From the NCBI GenBank assembly GCA_965116475.1, contig OZ220691.1, forward strand, positions 192,001-256,000: DNA of 64,000 bases, in the 5' to 3' direction. Both the position numbers and the translations under genes were made by a program. Every line of letters begins with the position of its first letter. Position 1 is the first letter of the stretch. This stretch comes from Gemmatimonadota bacterium (lineage in GTDB: Bacteria > Gemmatimonadota > Gemmatimonadetes > Palauibacterales > Palauibacteraceae). Under the pieces are notes generated by a model. The model saw only the letters and a list, made by a program, of their open reading frames with translations. It was not told the origin of the DNA and ran no database searches. Positions 10,222 through 20,367 of the stretch are shown piece after piece.

Positions 10222-11286
10222 ATGGCGAACTCCGAACCCCGACCCGCCGTCCTCCTCCTGAACTTCGGCGAACCGACAGGAGCGGACCCGAGCACCGTCA
10301 CCCGCTTCCTGGAGCGGATCTTCCTCGCCAACGCGCGGCTGGAGCCGCACATGGACGCGGCGGCGGCCCGTGCGCGGAGCCGCGAACTCGCGCGGCGCCG
10401 GACACCCGGTCTGCTTGAGGTCTACGACAGAATCGGCGGCTCGCCGCTGGCCCGGCAGGCGGAGGGGCAGAGCGCCGCGCTCGACCGGGCGCTAAAGGGT
10501 CGCGGCCACCCGATGTCCGTGACCGTGGGGATGCAGTTCACGGAGCCGTCGATCGAGGTGGCGCTGCGCCGCCTGCGGGAGACGGGGGCCGCGGCGCTCG
10601 TTCCCCTGCCCGTGTATCCGCTGTGCGGCCCTTCGACCACTGTCGCGGCGCTGGACGAAGTCGAGGAAGCGCTTGAGCGCATCGGATGGCGCCCGGAGGT
10701 GCACGGCGTGACGGGGTGGCACCGCCATCCCGGCTACGCACGGCTTCGCGCCGCCGCGATCCGCCGCGCGGCCGCGGAGGCCGGCTGGAGCCTGTCCGAC
10801 GCGGACGTCCGCCTCGTGTTCAGCGCCCACGGAACCCCGCTTCGGTACATCGAAGCGGGCAGCCGCTACGTGGAATACGTCGAGGAGTGGTGCGCGACCC
10901 AGGCTCGAGCGCTGGGCGTGGATACCTGGACGCTCGGCTACCAGAACCACACGAACCGGGGGATCGAATGGACGCCGCCGGACATCGAGACGACGCTGGC
11001 GCGCCTCCGGGGTGTCGCGAAGATCCTCGTCGATCCGGTCAGCTTCATGCACGAGCAGTCAGAGACGCTGATGGAACTGGACGTGGACCTCGCCGGGCAC
11101 GCCGCCGCACTCGGCTTCGAGTTTCGCCGGGTCGGCATACCGCACGACGATGGCGCGTTCGCCGAAGTGCTGGCCGACCTCGCGCTGGCGGCGCTGGGCC
11201 TCGACGTCCCGGCCCTGCCTCCGAGGACATCGTGCCGGTGTCGCCCGGGAACGGCTGTCTGCTTCAACGGCGGGCCGCTCTCCTGA
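10222..11286 (+). CDS. hemH: Ferrochelatase
   Basis: AVLLLNFGEP, IGGSPL, LVFSAHGTP and SFMHEQSETLMELD. Start at MANSEP. Confidence 0.93.
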   Translation: MANSEPRPAVLLLNFGEPTGADPSTVTRFLERIFLANARLEPHMDAAAARARSRELARRRTPGLLEVYDRIGGSPLARQAEGQSAALDRALKGRGHPMSVTVGMQFTEPSIEVALRRLRETGAAALVPLPVYPLCGPSTTVAALDEVEEALERIGWRPEVHGVTGWHRHPGYARLRAAAIRRAAAEAGWSLSDADVRLVFSAHGTPLRYIEAGSRYVEYVEEWCATQARALGVDTWTLGYQNHTNRGIEWTPPDIETTLARLRGVAKILVDPVSFMHEQSETLMELDVDLAGHAAALGFEFRRVGIPHDDGAFAEVLADLALAALGLDVPALPPRTSCRCRPGTAVCFNGGPLS

Positions 11287-11302
11287 CCTCCGCGTGCCGG
11301 AA

Positions 11303-11326
11303 GGCACGCTGTCGGGCACGCTGTCG
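11303..11326. repeat. 12-bp tandem duplication GGCACGCTGTCG x2
   Basis: Directly visible in the gap between convergent hemH and the hypothetical gene. Confidence 0.75.
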
Positions 11327-11331
11327 GTGGG

Positions 11332-11928
11332 TCAGCCTTCCGGACGTGCGGTCAGGTCTTCTAGCACCCGGCCGCCGACGCTGTCCACCTGCCCGCGAAT
11401 CACGCACGCCAGCATGTCGGCGGCTTCGCGGAGCATGGACGCGGGTTCCCTCCGGTCGCCCTCGAAACGCACGACCTCGCCGAGGAAGATCCCTACGAGT
11501 TGCGTGGACCCGGAATCGTCGCCGGCCGACTTGATCGCGTCGTCGTACGCCGCCCCGGGTACGCTGGCCCTCCACGGCTCATCCCGCTCGGATCCGCCCC
11601 GTGACGCCCGGTCCATCGGCACGAGCGCGAGCAGGCTGCCCTCCACGCCCGGCCCGCCCTTGCGGACGTTCAGCGCGAGGGCGACCGGCTTGTCGAAGAG
11701 CTCCATCTCGAGGAAGTCCTTCACGCTGTCGCGGGGGATGGCGCAGCGCCCGATCGGCCTGTCCTCGTGAAAGGTCCCGATGCAGATGCTGCCTCGGGGA
11801 GTCAGGTGGTGCTCGATCGGCCGGACATCGAGCTTGAGGGGGGTGGCGGTGCCGACGAGGACGTGTTCGCGGCGCTTCTCGGCTTCGGGCGACGGGGGGA
11901 GCATGTCTCCAAAGAACAGTGTCGTCAT
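11332..11928 (-). CDS. Hypothetical protein
   Basis: ATG with GGAGG upstream and high-GC3 codon usage; fills the gap between hemH and the Leu dehydrogenase. No recognised motif. Confidence 0.7.
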   Translation of the reverse strand: MTTLFFGDMLPPSPEAEKRREHVLVGTATPLKLDVRPIEHHLTPRGSICIGTFHEDRPIGRCAIPRDSVKDFLEMELFDKPVALALNVRKGGPGVEGSLLALVPMDRASRGGSERDEPWRASVPGAAYDDAIKSAGDDSGSTQLVGIFLGEVVRFEGDRREPASMLREAADMLACVIRGQVDSVGGRVLEDLTARPEG

Positions 11929-12083
11929 CCCATCGCCTCCCGGTCGGTCGCCGCCGTCTTTCCTCCCGAGCACCGATACGCGATCGCGCCCCGCATGTTC
12001 CCAATGTCGCCCGGGCGGGCAGCGCGCGATAGTCTCACCGCGCTCGCGGACACGATTGCACACGAATCGAATACGGAGAGCGT

Positions 12084-13178
12084 ATGACCCGCGGCTTTCT
12101 CGATGTCATGGAGGCGTGGGACGGCGAGTCCGTCGTCACCGCGTTCGACTCCGAGACCGGGGCCTGGATATTCATCGCCCTGCACGATACGCGGCTGGGA
12201 CCGGCCGCCGGAGGGACCCGGATGGCCTCCTATCCCGCGCCGGTGGACGGCCTGATCGACGCCATGCGCCTCGCCGAGGGCATGACCTGGAAGTGGGCGG
12301 GCGTCGGTATTCCGTTCGGCGGCGGCAAGGCGGTCATCGCCGTGCCGGACGACCTCGGCGACGAAGCCCGCGCAGGGCTGGTCGATCGATACGCGGCGCG
12401 CCTCGTCTCGCTCCGCGGCGCCTTCCAGACCGGCGTCGACATGGGCACGACCCCCGACGACATGGCCCGTATCGGAGCCATCTCCGGGTACGCCGTCGGC
12501 CTCGTGGACGGGAAGCCGGGCGACCCGGGACCGTACACCGCGCGCGGCGTGCTGGCCGGGATCGGGGCCGCGCTCGAGCACCGGTTCGGCGAGGCGGATT
12601 TCGGCGCCCGCTCCGTGCTCGTCCAGGGGCTCGGCGATGTCGGCTTCCCGCTGGCCGGGCTGCTGGCCGAGGCCGGGGCGACCCTCTACCTGACGGATCT
12701 GCGCGAGGAGGCCGCAAAACGGGCGCAGGCACGCTTCGGGGGGACGGTCGTCCCTCCTGACGACATCTGGGAAGCGGAAGCGGACGTGTACGCCCCCTGC
12801 GCCGTCGGGGCCACCCTGAATCCGGACACGATCCCCCGCCTGCGCAGCGGGATCGTCGCCGGTTCCGCGAACAACCAGCTCCTCTCCGAGACGGACGCCG
12901 AACGGCTGCGCGAGCGCGGGATCCTCTACGCCCCCGACTACGTGATCAACGCCGGCGGGGCGGTCGCCTTCGCCGCCATCCATGCGGGCGAGCGCGACGA
13001 AACCCGCCTCCGGGCCCGCGTCGACGGGATCGGGTCGTCGCTGCGAGAGATATTCGAGGAGGCGGCCGCGGCCGGAGCATCGCCGCTGCACGCGGCCCGC
13101 CGGCGAGCCCGGCGGTACCTCGACGCCCAGGGCGGACCGCCTCCAGGTGCCGGCCAGCCCACCCGGGGGACGGCTTAG
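12084..13178 (+). CDS. Glu/Leu/Phe/Val dehydrogenase (leucine dehydrogenase-like)
   Basis: [37 protein letters not shown] and [11 protein letters not shown]. Confidence 0.92.
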   Translation: MTRGFLDVMEAWDGESVVTAFDSETGAWIFIALHDTRLGPAAGGTRMASYPAPVDGLIDAMRLAEGMTWKWAGVGIPFGGGKAVIAVPDDLGDEARAGLVDRYAARLVSLRGAFQTGVDMGTTPDDMARIGAISGYAVGLVDGKPGDPGPYTARGVLAGIGAALEHRFGEADFGARSVLVQGLGDVGFPLAGLLAEAGATLYLTDLREEAAKRAQARFGGTVVPPDDIWEAEADVYAPCAVGATLNPDTIPRLRSGIVAGSANNQLLSETDAERLRERGILYAPDYVINAGGAVAFAAIHAGERDETRLRARVDGIGSSLREIFEEAAAAGASPLHAARRRARRYLDAQGGPPPGAGQPTRGTA

Positions 13179-13849
13179 CGGCGGGAGGCGATGCGGTCCA
13201 GCGGCTTCTTCGTGATGTCGGGGACGAGCGCGTCGTCCGCGGGATAGCCCACGACGAGCAACAGGAAGGGTCGCTCGTTGGAGGGGCGGTCGAGCACCTT
13301 GTTCAGGAATCCCATGGGGCTCGGCGTGTGGGTAAGGGTGGCAAGCCCCGCGCGGTGGAGCGCCGTGATCAGGATCCCGGTGGCGATGCCGACGGACTCC
13401 GTCACGTAGTAGTTCTTGAGCTTCTCTCCGCCGCGCACTTCGTAACTCTCCGCGAAGATCGCGATGAGGACCGGCGCCATCTCCAGGAACGGTTTGTGCT
13501 CGTCCGTCCCGAGGTGGGCGAGCGCCTCGATCCACGCGGCCGGCGCGCGATGCTCGTAGAAGTCCCGCTCCTCTTTCTCCGCTTCGACCCGGATCCGGCG
13601 CTTCACCTCGGCGTCGCGCACGACGACGAAGTGCCACGGTTGCCGGTTCGCGCCGTTGGGAGCCGTTCCCGCCGCCTCGATGCAGGCGTCGATGACCTCC
13701 GCGGGAACGGGCTCGTCGGAGTACTCCCGGACGGTCCGGCGCCGTCGCATCTCGTCGCGAAAGGCCCGCGCGCGACGCACCATCTCTTCCTCCCCGCGCC
13801 GCGTGAACGTGGCCAGCGGGACCGGGCGGTAGGCGCCCCCATCCGTCAT
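13175..13849 (-). CDS. Nitroreductase-family flavoprotein, iodotyrosine deiodinase (IYD)-like
   Basis: [45 protein letters not shown] and TLTHTP closely resemble the IYD subfamily. Confidence 0.85.
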   Translation of the reverse strand: MTDGGAYRPVPLATFTRRGEEEMVRRARAFRDEMRRRRTVREYSDEPVPAEVIDACIEAAGTAPNGANRQPWHFVVVRDAEVKRRIRVEAEKEERDFYEHRAPAAWIEALAHLGTDEHKPFLEMAPVLIAIFAESYEVRGGEKLKNYYVTESVGIATGILITALHRAGLATLTHTPSPMGFLNKVLDRPSNERPFLLLVVGYPADDALVPDITKKPLDRIASRR

Positions 13850-13885
13850 CGGATCGACACCGGAGTCACGGAACCGGCGCGCCGC

Positions 13886-15331
13886 TCAACGGACTCCGAC
13901 GAGGCCCCGCGTCGCCTGAATCAGCTCCCGGGAATCGTAGCCGATCCCATCCTTGAACACCCAGCGGACAGCCCGAATCGCGCTCGGATCGCTCCCCGGG
14001 TCACCGTTCAGGACGATGAGGTCGGCGAGCTTCCCGGCCTCCACGGTGCCGAGTTCGTCATCCACGCCGAGGATCTTCGCGCCGTTGGCGCTCACCACCT
14101 GCACCGCCTGCACCGGCGAGAGCCCCGCTTCCAGCAGAAGCTCGAAGTTCCGCTGATTTCCGAAGCCGGGGAGCGCTCCGCCGTTGCCGGTGGGATCGAC
14201 GCCCGAGGCGAGCAGCCCGCCCGCATCGACGAACGCCTTCTCGAAGCGCAGTTCGTTCCGGAAGTTCTCGGGATCGGGTCCCATCTCCTGGATGCGCCCG
14301 CGCTCGTCCAGGTAGGCTTCGCGGAGGTCCGGAGCCATCAGTTCGAGCGTCCGCTCGTCCACGACATCGCGGTCCGGGAAGAAGGCCTCGTAGACCGAGA
14401 GCGTGGCGGTGAGTCCCACTCCGGCCTCTACCATCGCCGCGATCGTTTCGCGCGCGATGGGCCCGGTGGGGTCCGAGCCGCCGGCCCGCTGCATGATGTT
14501 GCCGGGACAGCGGTCGGGCTCCTTCTCCGGCACGAAGTCGGACGCCGTGAGCATCCCGTGCTCGAGGTTGTCGATCCCGAGTGCGACGGCCTCCTGAAAG
14601 CTCACCGAGCACAGGTGTCCGGTGACGCGGAGGCCCAGACGGTGCGCCTCCTCGATCGCGGCCGCCAGTTCGGCGCTCCCGATCGACGTGTACGCCTTCA
14701 CCCACGTCGCCCCCTCCTCCGCCCAGTACTCGACGAAGCGCCGTGCCTGTTCGGGGGATGTCAGGCGGGCCTGGTGCGGCGAGCCCGTCGAGCCGGTGAT
14801 GTACGGCGCCGTGATGTGGATGCGGGGGCCCGGCGAGTCGCCGCGGTCGATCGCGTCCTTCAGATGGACATCCGCGTAGGGGGTGAAGCTCCCGGTCGTG
14901 CGAATCGTCGTGACGCCGGAACCCAGGTAGAGCCGCGGGGCGCTGTAGCCGAGCTGCACGCGCCGTCCCCCGACGGAGGTGTAGAACAGGTGGTCGTGCA
15001 TGCCGACCATCCCCGGGATCACGGTGTGGCCGCCCAGGTCGTGGCGCTCCGCGTCCTCCGGTACGTCGATGGACGCGGCGGGGCCCACGGCGGCGATCCG
15101 CCCGTCGCGCAGCAGCACCGTCTGGTCCTCCAGGACCGGGCCGCCGGTGCCGTCGATCACGCGGACGTGTTCGAGCGCCACGGCCGGCCCCTGCACGGCG
15201 ACGTAGGCGCGGGTTTCCTCGGACAGCCGACCGTAGCTCTGCGCGGCCAGGGGGCCGGCAGGCACCGTCGCGATGGCCGCGAAGGCGGCGAGGACTGCGG
15301 GTGCGGCGCGAATCGCGGAGATCATCTTCAT
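13886..15331 (-). CDS. Secreted amidohydrolase (paralog 1)
   Basis: Signal peptide; PGMVGMHDH, GVTTIRTTG, WVKAY, TGHLCS, LEHG and GKLADL. Confidence 0.88.
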   Translation of the reverse strand: MKMISAIRAAPAVLAAFAAIATVPAGPLAAQSYGRLSEETRAYVAVQGPAVALEHVRVIDGTGGPVLEDQTVLLRDGRIAAVGPAASIDVPEDAERHDLGGHTVIPGMVGMHDHLFYTSVGGRRVQLGYSAPRLYLGSGVTTIRTTGSFTPYADVHLKDAIDRGDSPGPRIHITAPYITGSTGSPHQARLTSPEQARRFVEYWAEEGATWVKAYTSIGSAELAAAIEEAHRLGLRVTGHLCSVSFQEAVALGIDNLEHGMLTASDFVPEKEPDRCPGNIMQRAGGSDPTGPIARETIAAMVEAGVGLTATLSVYEAFFPDRDVVDERTLELMAPDLREAYLDERGRIQEMGPDPENFRNELRFEKAFVDAGGLLASGVDPTGNGGALPGFGNQRNFELLLEAGLSPVQAVQVVSANGAKILGVDDELGTVEAGKLADLIVLNGDPGSDPSAIRAVRWVFKDGIGYDSRELIQATRGLVGVR

Positions 15332-15381
15332 TCCTCTCTCGACGGGTCCTTCTCGAGGCCCCTGTTCGATGGGTCCCTCGG

Positions 15382-16818
15382 TCACCGAATCCCCACCATC
15401 CCCTTCACGGAGTCAATGAGCTTCTCCGAGTCGTAACCCACGCCGTCCTTGAACACGACCGTCACGTTCCTGATGATCGCGGAGTCCGACTCGAGATCAC
15501 CGTCGAGCACAACGAGATCCGCGAGCTTGCCGGCCTCGATCGTTCCAAGCTCGTCGTCCACGCCCATGATGCGGGCGCCGTTGGCGCTCACGATCCGAAC
15601 GACGGTCGAGGCGTCGAAGCCCGCTTCGATGAGAAGCTCGTAGTTGCGCTGGTCTCCGAAGCCCGCGATCGCGCCCCCGATGCCCGTCGGGTCCACGCCC
15701 GCCGCGAGCACCCCCCCGGCCTCGACGAAGCCGCGCTCGAACGCCATGTGCTTCTGGAGGTGCGCCTCCGTCATCGGCCAATCCGGGTTCGCCTCGATCG
15801 CGTCCACGGTCTCGAGGTAATCCTCCCGCACCTCGGGTGCCATCGCCTCGAGCGTGCGCTCGTCGAGGACGGCGCGCCCCTTCGTCATGGGCTCGATCAC
15901 GGCCATCGTCGAGGTCATCCCCACATCGTTCTCGACCATGGAGAGGATGAGCGCCCGGGCGATCTCCCCGGTCGGATCCCCCTCTTCCCCGACCGTGACC
16001 ATCGAGTTGGGCGGACATTCGTCCGGCCGCTTGCGCGGGTCGAAGTCGGTCGCCGTCCCGAAGCCGTGCTCGATGTTGTCCATCCCCATGTCCACGGCTT
16101 CCTGGAAGGTGATCGAGCAGATGTGCCCCGTGACCCGGAGGCCCTGCGCGTGCGCTTCCTCGATGACGGCGGCGAGTTCCGCGCGGCGGATCGTCGTGTA
16201 CGCCTTGATCCAGGAGGCGCCCTCGCCGGCCCAGTAGCGGACGAAGCGGCGCGCTTCCTCGGGCGAGTCCACCTGCGCCATGTCCCCGAGGGCCGGGTTG
16301 GGCCCCGTGACGTACGGCGCGGTGACGTGCATGCGGGGTCCCGGCGCCAGCCCGCGCTCGATGTTCGACTTGACGTTCAGGTCCGCGTAGGGCGAGACGC
16401 TGCCCGTCGTGCGGATCGTCGTGACGCCCGCCGCCAGGTAGAGGCGCGGGGAGGAGATGTTGCCCTGGGCCATCCGGCCCCCGGCCCCCATGAAGAACAT
16501 GTGGTTGTGGAGCCCGATCATTCCCGGGATCACGGTGTGTCCCGGCAGTTCATGGACCTCGGCCCCCGGCGGAATCTCCACCGCGCCGGCCGGACCCACG
16601 GCGGCGATCCGGTTTCCCTCGATCACGACGGTCTGGTTCGTCCGGGCACCCGACCCGGTCCCGTCGATGACCTTGACGCCGGTGAGGGCGACCGTCGGGC
16701 CGGCGACGGACACGAACTCGGAGGTCTGGGGGTCGAGTTCGGCCGCGGACTGCGCGGACAGGTGAGCCGGGGCGACAAAGGCCACGAGCGCGACCGGAGC
16801 CGCGATGAACTTTCTCAT
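15382..16818 (-). CDS. Secreted amidohydrolase (paralog 2)
   Basis: Signal peptide MRKFIAAP...SAQ; PGMIGLHNH, GVTTIRTTG, WIKAY, IEHG and GKLADL. Confidence 0.9.
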   Translation of the reverse strand: MRKFIAAPVALVAFVAPAHLSAQSAAELDPQTSEFVSVAGPTVALTGVKVIDGTGSGARTNQTVVIEGNRIAAVGPAGAVEIPPGAEVHELPGHTVIPGMIGLHNHMFFMGAGGRMAQGNISSPRLYLAAGVTTIRTTGSVSPYADLNVKSNIERGLAPGPRMHVTAPYVTGPNPALGDMAQVDSPEEARRFVRYWAGEGASWIKAYTTIRRAELAAVIEEAHAQGLRVTGHICSITFQEAVDMGMDNIEHGFGTATDFDPRKRPDECPPNSMVTVGEEGDPTGEIARALILSMVENDVGMTSTMAVIEPMTKGRAVLDERTLEAMAPEVREDYLETVDAIEANPDWPMTEAHLQKHMAFERGFVEAGGVLAAGVDPTGIGGAIAGFGDQRNYELLIEAGFDASTVVRIVSANGARIMGVDDELGTIEAGKLADLVVLDGDLESDSAIIRNVTVVFKDGVGYDSEKLIDSVKGMVGIR

Positions 16819-16867
16819 GGGAAACTCCTGTGGGTTGGGCCTCTCGGGGCCCCAAAAACGTACCGCG

Positions 16868-19123
16868 TCACGGCTCCACCGTGAACACCATCTTCATGCC
16901 CGCCTCCAGGTGCTCGGCGATGTGGCAGTGCAGCATCCAGCCCCCGGGGTTCGAGAGTTCGAGCAGGAGGTCGAGCGTACCGCCCACGGGGACCACGGCC
17001 GTGTCCTTCCAGGCGAGGTTGTCGTGCGCCACGCCGTTCGTAGCGAGGACGAGGAAGCGCTGGCCGTGAATGTGGATCGGGTGTTGCATCTGGTGAAGCG
17101 TCTCGCGGCGGCTGCGTAGCCTCAGCTTGACCACGTCGCCCACGCGGAAGGTCCACCGGATCGCCTCGTTCTCCAGCCCCGTGGAGGGTTCGCGCAGCGT
17201 CCACGACACGTTTTCGGGCGTCGAGATCAGGTTCATCATCGGCATCGTTCCCGACCATTCGATCGGGTGGAAGTACGCCGAGTCCACCTGCATGAGACGC
17301 TCGACGACGAGCGGAAGGCCGCGCGTCGTCATGTCGAGTTCCAGCGTGAGGTCAACCGGCCGGTCGAAGTGGGGGCGGTAGGGTGCGATCTCGTCGCGTG
17401 CGCGTCCGTTCTCCCGCAGCGCCTCGAAGCTCGCGTTCAGGTCCGGTGTGGCATCCGCCGCGCCGACGCGAACGACGCCCAGCGTGTCCTGCTCGGGGAA
17501 GAAGCTGCCGCCGATGTGGTCGATCCCCTGGACCCGGTTCAGGAGGGCGTAGCTGCCACTTTCAGGGAAGGCGACGTGTACGATGTAGCGCTCCGCCGGC
17601 GCGATGATCACGCTCTCGACCCACGCCTCCCACTCGAAGTTGCCCACGTCGGCGCCCACGAGCTTCATGGGCGCCCCGCCGAAGGAGAGGTTGAACGTCC
17701 GCGTGTTGGAGGCGTTGGTGAAAAAGAAGCGGACGACGGACCCGCGCTCCACGTCCAGCGCATATTCGGGTTCCCCGTTCACGAGCATGGTGTTGCCGAA
17801 GCGGCCCATGAGCGCGTGCGTGGCGCGCTCGAGACCGAAGGGGACAATCCCGTGCTCGCCCACGAGCAGGTCGTCGAGCATCACGACTTCTTCCCGGTGG
17901 ACGGGGCTGAAGTAGTCGGGATCGTCCGACCGGACCATGAGGTTGCCGGCCAGCCCGAGGTCCTGCTGGACGTCCTCGCGGTGGTGGGGATGGTACCAGT
18001 AGAGGCCGGGGTCGGGGAAATGCACGGTGTAGCGGAAGCTCTCGCCAGGGGCCACGACATCCTGCGTCAGGCCCGGGACACCGTCGAAGCGGTTATCGAG
18101 CCGCAGTCCGTGCCAGTGGATCGCGGTCGGCCAGTCGATGCGGTTCGTGAAATCGATCGTGACCGTCGCGTCCTCGGGGACCCAGAGGAGGGGCCCGGGA
18201 ATCTGTCCGTTGAAGCCGTAGCCGAGGAGTTCGCGGCTCCCGATGCGGCGGCGCACGTAGACGGCATCGAGGGAGAGCGAGTCGCCGTCGGCGAGTTCGA
18301 TCAGCTCGCGGGGACGGGCGTCGACGATCTCGCCTTCCCAGCCATCACCCGGCAACCAGGGTTGCACGTCCGGCCGAAGCTCCATGAGCGACGGGAGCAT
18401 CATGACCCCTTCGGGCATCGGCACGCCGCCCCACGCGTCGTCCATCGCCATGTCCATCGCCATCTCGCCGGGTGGGGTCCGCGAGGCGCCGAGCGCGAAC
18501 TCGAGGAAATCGGCGGGCTGCATGCGGCTGGAGGGCGATTGGGCTCGCAGCACGTAGGGACCCGCCGGCTCCGCGCCCTCTCCCTCGGCCGCTCCGGGTT
18601 CCGCGCCCGCCTCCCGGGCCGCGCCGGATTCCGCCGTCACCAGGATGAGGAACTTGTTGAACCCGACCTGCCCCACCTCGATCCGTCCGCGCGCCGGCAC
18701 CTCTCCGAGCCGCTCGATGGGCCAGAGTACCTGCGTCGACGCCCAGGCGACGTAACGGTCGTACGGACCGAGCGTGGAGGGGGGCGGAAGGTCGGTCGAG
18801 ATCACCGCGTCGTACAGGAGCCGCCCGTCCGGCGCCACCCCCAGCGAGAACGGCCCCGGGGGCCGGCGCAACTCGACCGTGCCGGTCGCGTCCGGGACGC
18901 GGGGCGTCGGAAACAGGGCCATGCAGTACAGATCGGGGCTCGCCGCGCCCCCCTGCTCCGCGCCGGGCGTGCAGGGAGGGGCCTCCTGCGGCGGCGGCAG
19001 CGCCGGGGGCGCCGCGCCCACCCACAGCCAGAGCCCCCCGCACAGCGCCCCGGCGGCGCCGAGCGCGGCGGCAGCGGCCGGGATGGCGCGGCGCTCCGCC
19101 GACCGCCGGGCCCCGGGAGTCAA
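16868..19123 (-). CDS. Multicopper oxidase with long N-terminal extension
   Basis: All four Cu motifs present: HWHG, WYHPH, HPIHIHG and HCHIAEHLEAGM. Probable TTG start overlaps the SDR stop (TTGA); N-terminal hydrophobic segment. Confidence 0.9.
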   Translation of the reverse strand: MTPGARRSAERRAIPAAAAALGAAGALCGGLWLWVGAAPPALPPPQEAPPCTPGAEQGGAASPDLYCMALFPTPRVPDATGTVELRRPPGPFSLGVAPDGRLLYDAVISTDLPPPSTLGPYDRYVAWASTQVLWPIERLGEVPARGRIEVGQVGFNKFLILVTAESGAAREAGAEPGAAEGEGAEPAGPYVLRAQSPSSRMQPADFLEFALGASRTPPGEMAMDMAMDDAWGGVPMPEGVMMLPSLMELRPDVQPWLPGDGWEGEIVDARPRELIELADGDSLSLDAVYVRRRIGSRELLGYGFNGQIPGPLLWVPEDATVTIDFTNRIDWPTAIHWHGLRLDNRFDGVPGLTQDVVAPGESFRYTVHFPDPGLYWYHPHHREDVQQDLGLAGNLMVRSDDPDYFSPVHREEVVMLDDLLVGEHGIVPFGLERATHALMGRFGNTMLVNGEPEYALDVERGSVVRFFFTNASNTRTFNLSFGGAPMKLVGADVGNFEWEAWVESVIIAPAERYIVHVAFPESGSYALLNRVQGIDHIGGSFFPEQDTLGVVRVGAADATPDLNASFEALRENGRARDEIAPYRPHFDRPVDLTLELDMTTRGLPLVVERLMQVDSAYFHPIEWSGTMPMMNLISTPENVSWTLREPSTGLENEAIRWTFRVGDVVKLRLRSRRETLHQMQHPIHIHGQRFLVLATNGVAHDNLAWKDTAVVPVGGTLDLLLELSNPGGWMLHCHIAEHLEAGMKMVFTVEP

Positions 19124-19911
19124 AGGAGCGCTCGTGTGCGCCCCCCGTCGACGGCGATGGAAACGCCCGTCACGTAGCTGGCGCGCTCGGAGGCAAGGAA
19201 GGCCACGACCGCGGCGAACTCGCGCGGGTCGCCGAGACGTCCGGCGGGGATCGCGGCGTGCCACCCGGCTTCCACTTTCTCCGTCGAGATCCCGCCGGCT
19301 TCGGCGCGCACGGCGGCCAGTTCCTCCAGCCTCGCGGTGCGCGTGAAGCCCGGGAGCACGTTGTTCACCGTCACGCCGTACGCCGCGACCTCGTTCGAAA
19401 GAGATTTTGCGAAACCGGTCACGGCGGCGCGCACGCTGTTGGAGAGGATCAGGTCGGCCTCCGGTTCCTTCGCGGCGACGGACGTGATGTTCAGGATCCG
19501 CCCCCAGCCCCGCTCCTTCATGCCGGGCAGGACGGCGCGGCTGAGATCGAGCGCGCTCTCCAGGTTGAGGCGCACGGCCGCCTTCCACGCCGCGCGGTCG
19601 TGGTCCTCGAACTTTCCCGCCGGCGGCCCGCCCGCGTTGTTCACGAGGATGTCCACGCGTCCGAAGCGGGCCATCGCCGCGTCGGCGAGGCCGGCCACCG
19701 CCGCGGGATCCGACAGATCGACCGGGATCCCGATGACGTCGCCCGGCCCGCGTGCGTCCGCGGAGGCCACGGCTTCCGCGAGCGCCGCCTCCCCCCGCGC
19801 GCACATCAGCAGGTGCGCGCCTTCCGCCGCCAGTTCCTCCGCCACGGCCCGGCCGAGGCCCTTCGACGAGGCGGCCACGAGGGCGACGCGGCCCGCGATC
19901 CCCAGGTCCAT
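19120..19911 (-). CDS. SDR family oxidoreductase
   Basis: MDLGIAGRVALVAASSKGLG, DILVNNAGGPP, LSNSVRAA and VTGVSIAVDGG. Confidence 0.92.
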   Translation of the reverse strand: MDLGIAGRVALVAASSKGLGRAVAEELAAEGAHLLMCARGEAALAEAVASADARGPGDVIGIPVDLSDPAAVAGLADAAMARFGRVDILVNNAGGPPAGKFEDHDRAAWKAAVRLNLESALDLSRAVLPGMKERGWGRILNITSVAAKEPEADLILSNSVRAAVTGFAKSLSNEVAAYGVTVNNVLPGFTRTARLEELAAVRAEAGGISTEKVEAGWHAAIPAGRLGDPREFAAVVAFLASERASYVTGVSIAVDGGRTRALL

Positions 19912-20294
19912 CAGTCGTCCGTATCGTGGAAGTAGGAGTCCGTCCCGTCGAGCCAGTCCGTTCGGGGAGGACAGAAAATGTCGAGGTCCAGCGTCCTTTC
20001 GAGCGCGATGGCCTTGTGCGGGACGTGAGAGGGAATGTGGAGAATCTCGCCCGCTCGCACGACGACCTCCTCCTCCTCCCCTTTGTCGCCCAGCCAGAAG
20101 TGCAGCGCGCCCTCGAGGATATAGGTGAACTGCTCGTTCTCGTGCGAGTGCGTGGGGACGACCGCGCCCTTCTCGATCAGCACCTGCGCGATCATGGCCC
20201 GGTCTCCCGTGACCATGCGGCGGCCCAACTGCCCGGTCACGCGCTCCCACGGCAACTCCTCCCAGCGGAAGTGCCGGGGCTTCGCTTCGCTCAT
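19911..20294 (-). CDS. Cupin-domain protein
   Basis: PTHSHENEQFTYILEG and IPSHVPH metal-binding cupin motifs; AGGAGG RBS. Confidence 0.9.
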   Translation of the reverse strand: MSEAKPRHFRWEELPWERVTGQLGRRMVTGDRAMIAQVLIEKGAVVPTHSHENEQFTYILEGALHFWLGDKGEEEEVVVRAGEILHIPSHVPHKAIALERTLDLDIFCPPRTDWLDGTDSYFHDTDD

Positions 20295-20367
20295 GACGTT
20301 TCCTCCTTGCGGGGTAGCTCCCGGACACTGCGACCGGGGCCTGCTCGGGGGACGGACGATGTGCCGC

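Noticed and set aside
19124-19804. Apparent 978-aa MCO, 402-aa SDR, 685-aa racemase and 1213-aa RND fusions
   Set aside because: The upstream extensions overlap neighbouring real genes in other frames; these are first-start artefacts of the ORF track.
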